This document shows positions 59,601-63,953 of a stretch of 63,953 nt of DNA, piece after piece. A model generated the notes under the pieces. The model ran no database searches and had not been told where the DNA came from. It saw only the letters and a program-made list of their open reading frames with translations. The stretch's first letter is position 1, and each line of letters opens with the position of its first letter. Made by a program: the position numbers and the translations under genes. The stretch is from Macrostomum lignano (lineage: Eukaryota): contig NIVC01004026.1 in assembly GCA_002269645.1 (NCBI GenBank), positions 1 to 63,953 of the forward strand, read 5' to 3'.

Positions 59601-62411
59601 GGGAGATGGAGACGGAGACAGGGAGATGGAGACGGAGACAGGGAGATGGAGACGGAGAGAGGGAGACGGAGACAGGGAGATGGAGACGGAGACAGGGAGA
59701 TGGAGACGGAGACAGGGAGGCAGAGACAGAGAGAGGGAGATAGAGACGGAGAGGTAGATAGAGACGGAGACAGGGAGATGGAGACGGAGACAGGGAGGCA
59801 GAGACAGAGAGAGGGAGATAGAGACGGAGAGGTAGATAGAGACGGAGACAGGGAGATGGAGACGGAGACAGGGAGGCAGAGACAGAGAGAGGGAGATAGA
59901 GACGGAGAGGTAGATAGAGACGGAGACAGGGAGATGGAGACGGAGACAGGGAGGCAGAGACAGAGAGAGGGAGATAGAGACGGAGAGGTAGATAGAGACG
60001 GAGACAGGGAGATGGAGACGGAGACAGGGAGGCAGAGACAGAGAGAGGGAGATAGAGACGGAGAGGTAGATAGAGACGGAGACAGGGAGATGGAGACGGA
60101 GAGAGGGAGATAAAGGCAGAGACAGAGAGAGGGAGATAGAGACGGAGAAGTAGATAGAGACGGAGACAGGGAGATGGAGACGGAGACAGGGAGATGGAGA
60201 CGGAGACAGGGAGATAGAGACGGAGACAGGGAGGCAGAGACAGAGAGAGGGAGATAGAGACGGAGAGGTAGATAGAGACGGGGACAGGGAGATAGAGACG
60301 GAGACAGGGAGATGGAGACGGAGACAGGGAGGCAGAGACGGAGACAGGGAGATGGAGACGGAGAAACGGAAAGGTAGATACTCGTAGAGACGGAGAGGAT
60401 AGGGAAGAGAAGGAGATAAGATGGAGATACAGATGGGAGAGAGGAGACAGGCAGGTGCAAAAGCCGCTTACCTTGCCATTCTCAGCGTGCACCTGAGCCA
60501 CAGCGCCCAGCTTCCGGCAAGCCTGGAACACATTGAGCATCTCGTCATCCTCCAGCAGGAAGACATTCCTGTAGGCCATGAAGCACTTGAACGAGTTGAT
60601 GCCTTTCTCCTTCACCAGGGTGGCCATCTCGTTGGCGGTCTTGTCGCCCCACTGTGGCACGATCACGTGCAGGCCGTAGTCGCAGCAGACTTTCTCGTCC
60701 GCCCAGGCCCGGTACTTGTTGTACCAGTCCATCAGAGAGTCGCCGCGCGGGCAGGCCACGAAGTCGATGATCATTGTGGTACCGCCGGCCAGGGCAGCCC
60801 GAGTGCCAGTGTAGAAATCGTCCGCCGAATGCGTGCCCATGAAGGGCATCTGCATGTGCGTGTGCGGGTCGATGCCGCCTGGGGGGGGACAGGGATGATG
60901 GCAAGGAGTTCGAATTTTTATTGAATTTTGAGAACCATGCTATTGTGTATACTGGGGTCACGCAAGGTCAACTTCAATATGCTTCATAAAGATACTGTAT
61001 ATAGGGGTCACCTGAAGACAACTACAATAAGCCAGATACTGAATAGTAAGGTCATGTCAGGTCAATCAAACTATGCTAGAGACTGTATAGAGAGGTCACG
61101 CCAGGTCAACCACACAGTCCCGGAAGCTATTAACCGGGTTCAAGCCAGGTCAACCACACAGTCCCGGAAGCTATTAACCGGGTTCACGCCAGGTCAACCA
61201 CAACAGTCCGGAAGCTATTAACCGGGTCACGCCAGGTCAACCACAACAGTCTCAGAAGCTATTAACCGGGGTCACGCCAGCTCAACCACAACAGTCCGGA
61301 AGCTAGCTCGTATTAACCGGGGTCACGCCAGCTCAACCACAACAGTCCGGAAGCTATTAACCGGGGTCACGCCAGCTCAACCACAACAGTCCGGAAGCCA
61401 TTAACCGGGTTCAAGCCAGGTCAACCACAACAGTCTCAGAAGCTATTAACCGGGTTCAAGCCAGGTCAACCACAACAGTCTCAGAAGCTATTAACCGGGT
61501 CACGCCAGCTCAACCACAACAGTCCGGAAGCTATTAACCGGGGTCACGCCAGCTCAACCACAACAGTCCGGAAGCTATTAACCGGGGTCACGCCATGTCA
61601 ACCACAACAGTCCGGAAGCTATTAACCGGGGTCACGCCAGCTCAACCACAACAGTCCGGAAGCTATTAACCGGGGTCACGCCATGTCAACCACAACAGTC
61701 CGGAAGCTATTAACCGGGGTCACGCCATGTCAACCACAACAGTCCGAAGCTATTAACCGGGGTCACGCCAGCTCAACCACAACAGTCCGGAAGCTATTAA
61801 CCGGGGTCACGCCAGCTCAACCACAACAGTCCGGAAGCTATTAACCGGGGTCACGCCAGGTCAACCACAACAGTCCGGAAGCTATTAACCGGGGTCACGC
61901 CAGGTCAACCACAACAGTCCGGAAGCTATTAACCGGGTCACGCCAGCTCAACCACAACAGTCCGGAAGCTATTAACCGGGGGTCACTCCATGTCAACCAC
62001 AACAGTCTCAGAAGCTATTAACCGGGGTCACTCCATGTCAACCACAACAGTCTCAGAAGCTATTAACCGGGTTCAAGCCAGGTCAACGACAACAGTCTCA
62101 GAAGCTATTAACCGGTTCAAGCCAGGTCAACCACAACAGTCTCAAAAGCTATTAACCGGGTTCAAGCCAGGTCAACCCGAGTGCCTCACCCGGCATGATC
62201 AGCATTCCAGCGGCATCGATGACGCGAACTCCGCCGGGAGTGAGCAGGCCGGTGCCAACCTGCTTGATGACGCGCCCTCCACATAGACGTCGGCCTCCTG
62301 AATGCCGTCATCGTTCACCACTTTTGCGCCCTTGATTAGCAGGCGGTTCTGCGACGACTGCACGTGATGGCCGAGCTTGTTGACTCCGATTTGGACTTTG
62401 GCGTCGTTCAT
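56602..62411 (-). CDS. DPYS: Dihydropyrimidinase (DHP/CRMP family) with CRMP-like C-terminal tail
   Basis: Exons 62411-62190, 60878-60472, 59360-59097, 58634-58258, 57118-56602, phases consistent. Metal ligands present: [16 protein letters not shown] (carbamylated Lys), VHAENG, YVVHVMS, GTDHC. One -1 frameshift at about 62273 must be corrected. Confidence 0.95.
57200..58235. repeat. 39-bp minisatellite (tatggaaaatcctcaatggaaaatccccaacttgcacaa) in DPYS intron 4
   Basis: Tandem units with an internal atggaaaatcc duplication. Confidence 0.95.
58655..58922. repeat. 31-bp minisatellite (tggggagttgctgagatgccagttggctcaa) in DPYS intron 3
   Basis: About 8 units. Confidence 0.93.
59487..60450. repeat. 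Purine-rich satellite (gagacagggagatggagacg and derivatives) in DPYS intron 2
   Basis: Tandem units. Confidence 0.93.
61095..62178. repeat. 43/44-bp minisatellite (ccggaagctattaaccggggtcacgccagctcaaccacaacagt) in DPYS intron 1
   Basis: Tandem units extending to about 11 nt from the donor. Confidence 0.95.
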
Positions 62412-62551
62412 TTTTGTCCGCTTTATTTGTAGCTTTGGGTATCACAGATCGATAAATAGAGATGTCAAAATCCGGACTCGGACTGAAATGCGAAATTGAT
62501 TTTTTAATGTTTAGATGAAGGTACGCTCGCAGTTATAGACCTGGCTGAAAC

Positions 62552-62786
62552 CATACATGCGCAACACCCGGCGAGGGGCCCAGCCAAGGTAAGTCGCAGA
62601 AATTCCCCATCAAAAATAGACTAAAAACTAACTAGATGACGAGGCATTTAGCCTTATAAATACAGTCTTCGTTACTCCTGCCGGTTACTAAAAAATTAAA
62701 TTGTTAAGGTTTGTTTCATATGTTGCATTTTTCGTTAAGAAGTAGGTCGCACGGCTGTTGTAAATCAGGACGGTTGCGCATGTATG
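62552..62786. mobile_element. hAT-type MITE copy upstream of DPYS
   Basis: Perfect TIRs catacatgcgcaac / gttgcgcatgtatg; core ccaaggtaagtcgca; imperfect TSD ctgaaac(c) / ctgaaatt. Confidence 0.8.
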
Positions 62787-63953
62787 CTGAAATTATCGAA
62801 TAAAAGACGTGACAGATAGACATTGGTATCGACATACAGACAGACACTAAGACAAACAGACAGAGGATAGGACAGCAACCAACAAGTGCTGCTTGCTGCC
62901 AGCGCAGTGTAGAGTAAACTGATTGAAATCAGCAACAGTCTCGCAGGCACAAATAATTCCAGAAATGTGATTGCAAAGGCACTGCACACTGCAAGCACAT
63001 AATCAAGATCTAAGACTGCACAATATAAGTATAAACAGACCCTGCAAACAGGCTCCAGGCCTCAAGACCTGTAGGCCTGCTTCATGTCACAGTTCTGTGA
63101 TTCTGTTGCATAGCAAGTTCTTATCTTTTGTCTTGGGTTTACTACCATAAATACAAGCACTTGTAATACTGGCATGATTGCTTGTAAAAAATCTTATAAC
63201 ACAATGTGTACATTTGCCAAATTTTTTTAAAATTAAGCTTTTAAAAATTTGTAATTCTTTGGTGGTCATGCATATCTTTTTTGATGAAAAATTTGAATTA
63301 GAAGTAGGTCAAATATTTGAGAATTGATGTTTCTTAATGCTTTCAATGGGCATTCTATTTGAATTTTGTATACATTTGTGTTGTGTTTGTTTAGTTCAAT
63401 AATTTAAGTCTCTCCTTGGCCAATGCACAATATAGAATGTACATTATCAATAAAAGTTAAGGGGTTTTATGAACCTTTGACTAGGCTGGCAATTTGTAGT
63501 GTTGATTGAGTTTTATTATTAATAGGTCAGATAGACACTATAGAAAAGAGGAAGTTATAAAGCTAGCCTAAAATGCAATATGCAAATGAAACAAGCATTT
63601 TCAACCTTTTTAAATTGCTTTGATCTTGTTTGTATTATTTTATAATATAGAGAAAGCAGATGTGACATAGAGATGTCACAAGTACATTTGCATATGTGTT
63701 TATAGGGAATTTTATATAGTTACTAACAAAACATAATTTTAGGCTATCAGAAGACTGCAAAGATCATTTTGCATTAGAGTTAGATGCTTATCTAATATGA
63801 TTAGGCATAGGGGCCTATTTATCCTTGCATTCTTACAAACTTTAAAAAACTTACTACTTAGCAATGTCTTATTTTTCTGCATGAAGTAATTTTGGCATCA
63901 AAATTTTAAACAAACAAACTAAAAAAGTTTGTAAAAATATAGTTCATACATTG

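Noticed and set aside
56602-62411. Mutually exclusive DHP/CRMP exons as in the Drosophila gene
   Set aside because: No duplicated exon seen; the introns are filled by minisatellites.

Overview
Eukaryotic (metazoan) genomic DNA with GC-rich spliced genes, AT-rich intergenic tracts and a different minisatellite in most introns. The style suggests a free-living flatworm such as Macrostomum; this is an inference and was not checked. Hand-built gene models: 5' part of beta-spectrin (minus strand, runs off the left end), a TMBIM/lifeguard gene (-), an unrecognised 4-exon 267-aa gene (+), a Rac-like Rho GTPase (+), Maelstrom (+), a long Gly/Ser/Gln-rich low-complexity gene (+) and dihydropyrimidinase with a CRMP-like tail (-). 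Mobile elements: an intact DD34D mariner, an internally deleted long-TIR mariner, a LINE fragment with a twin-priming-type 5' inversion, Gypsy integrase relics, Tc1 and mariner relics, a foldback element, and about six copies of a hAT-type MITE (14-bp TIR, 8-bp TSD). The most unusual signal is sharply bounded domains almost devoid of CpG, in which transposon copies show directional C>T/G>A decay (methylation-driven or RIP-like), next to equally AT-rich DNA with plentiful CpG. Most long ORFs in the supplied track are minisatellite translations and not genes. Seven frameshifts in spectrin and DPYS are probably long-read assembly errors. All coordinates were read by eye; repeat boundaries are approximate.
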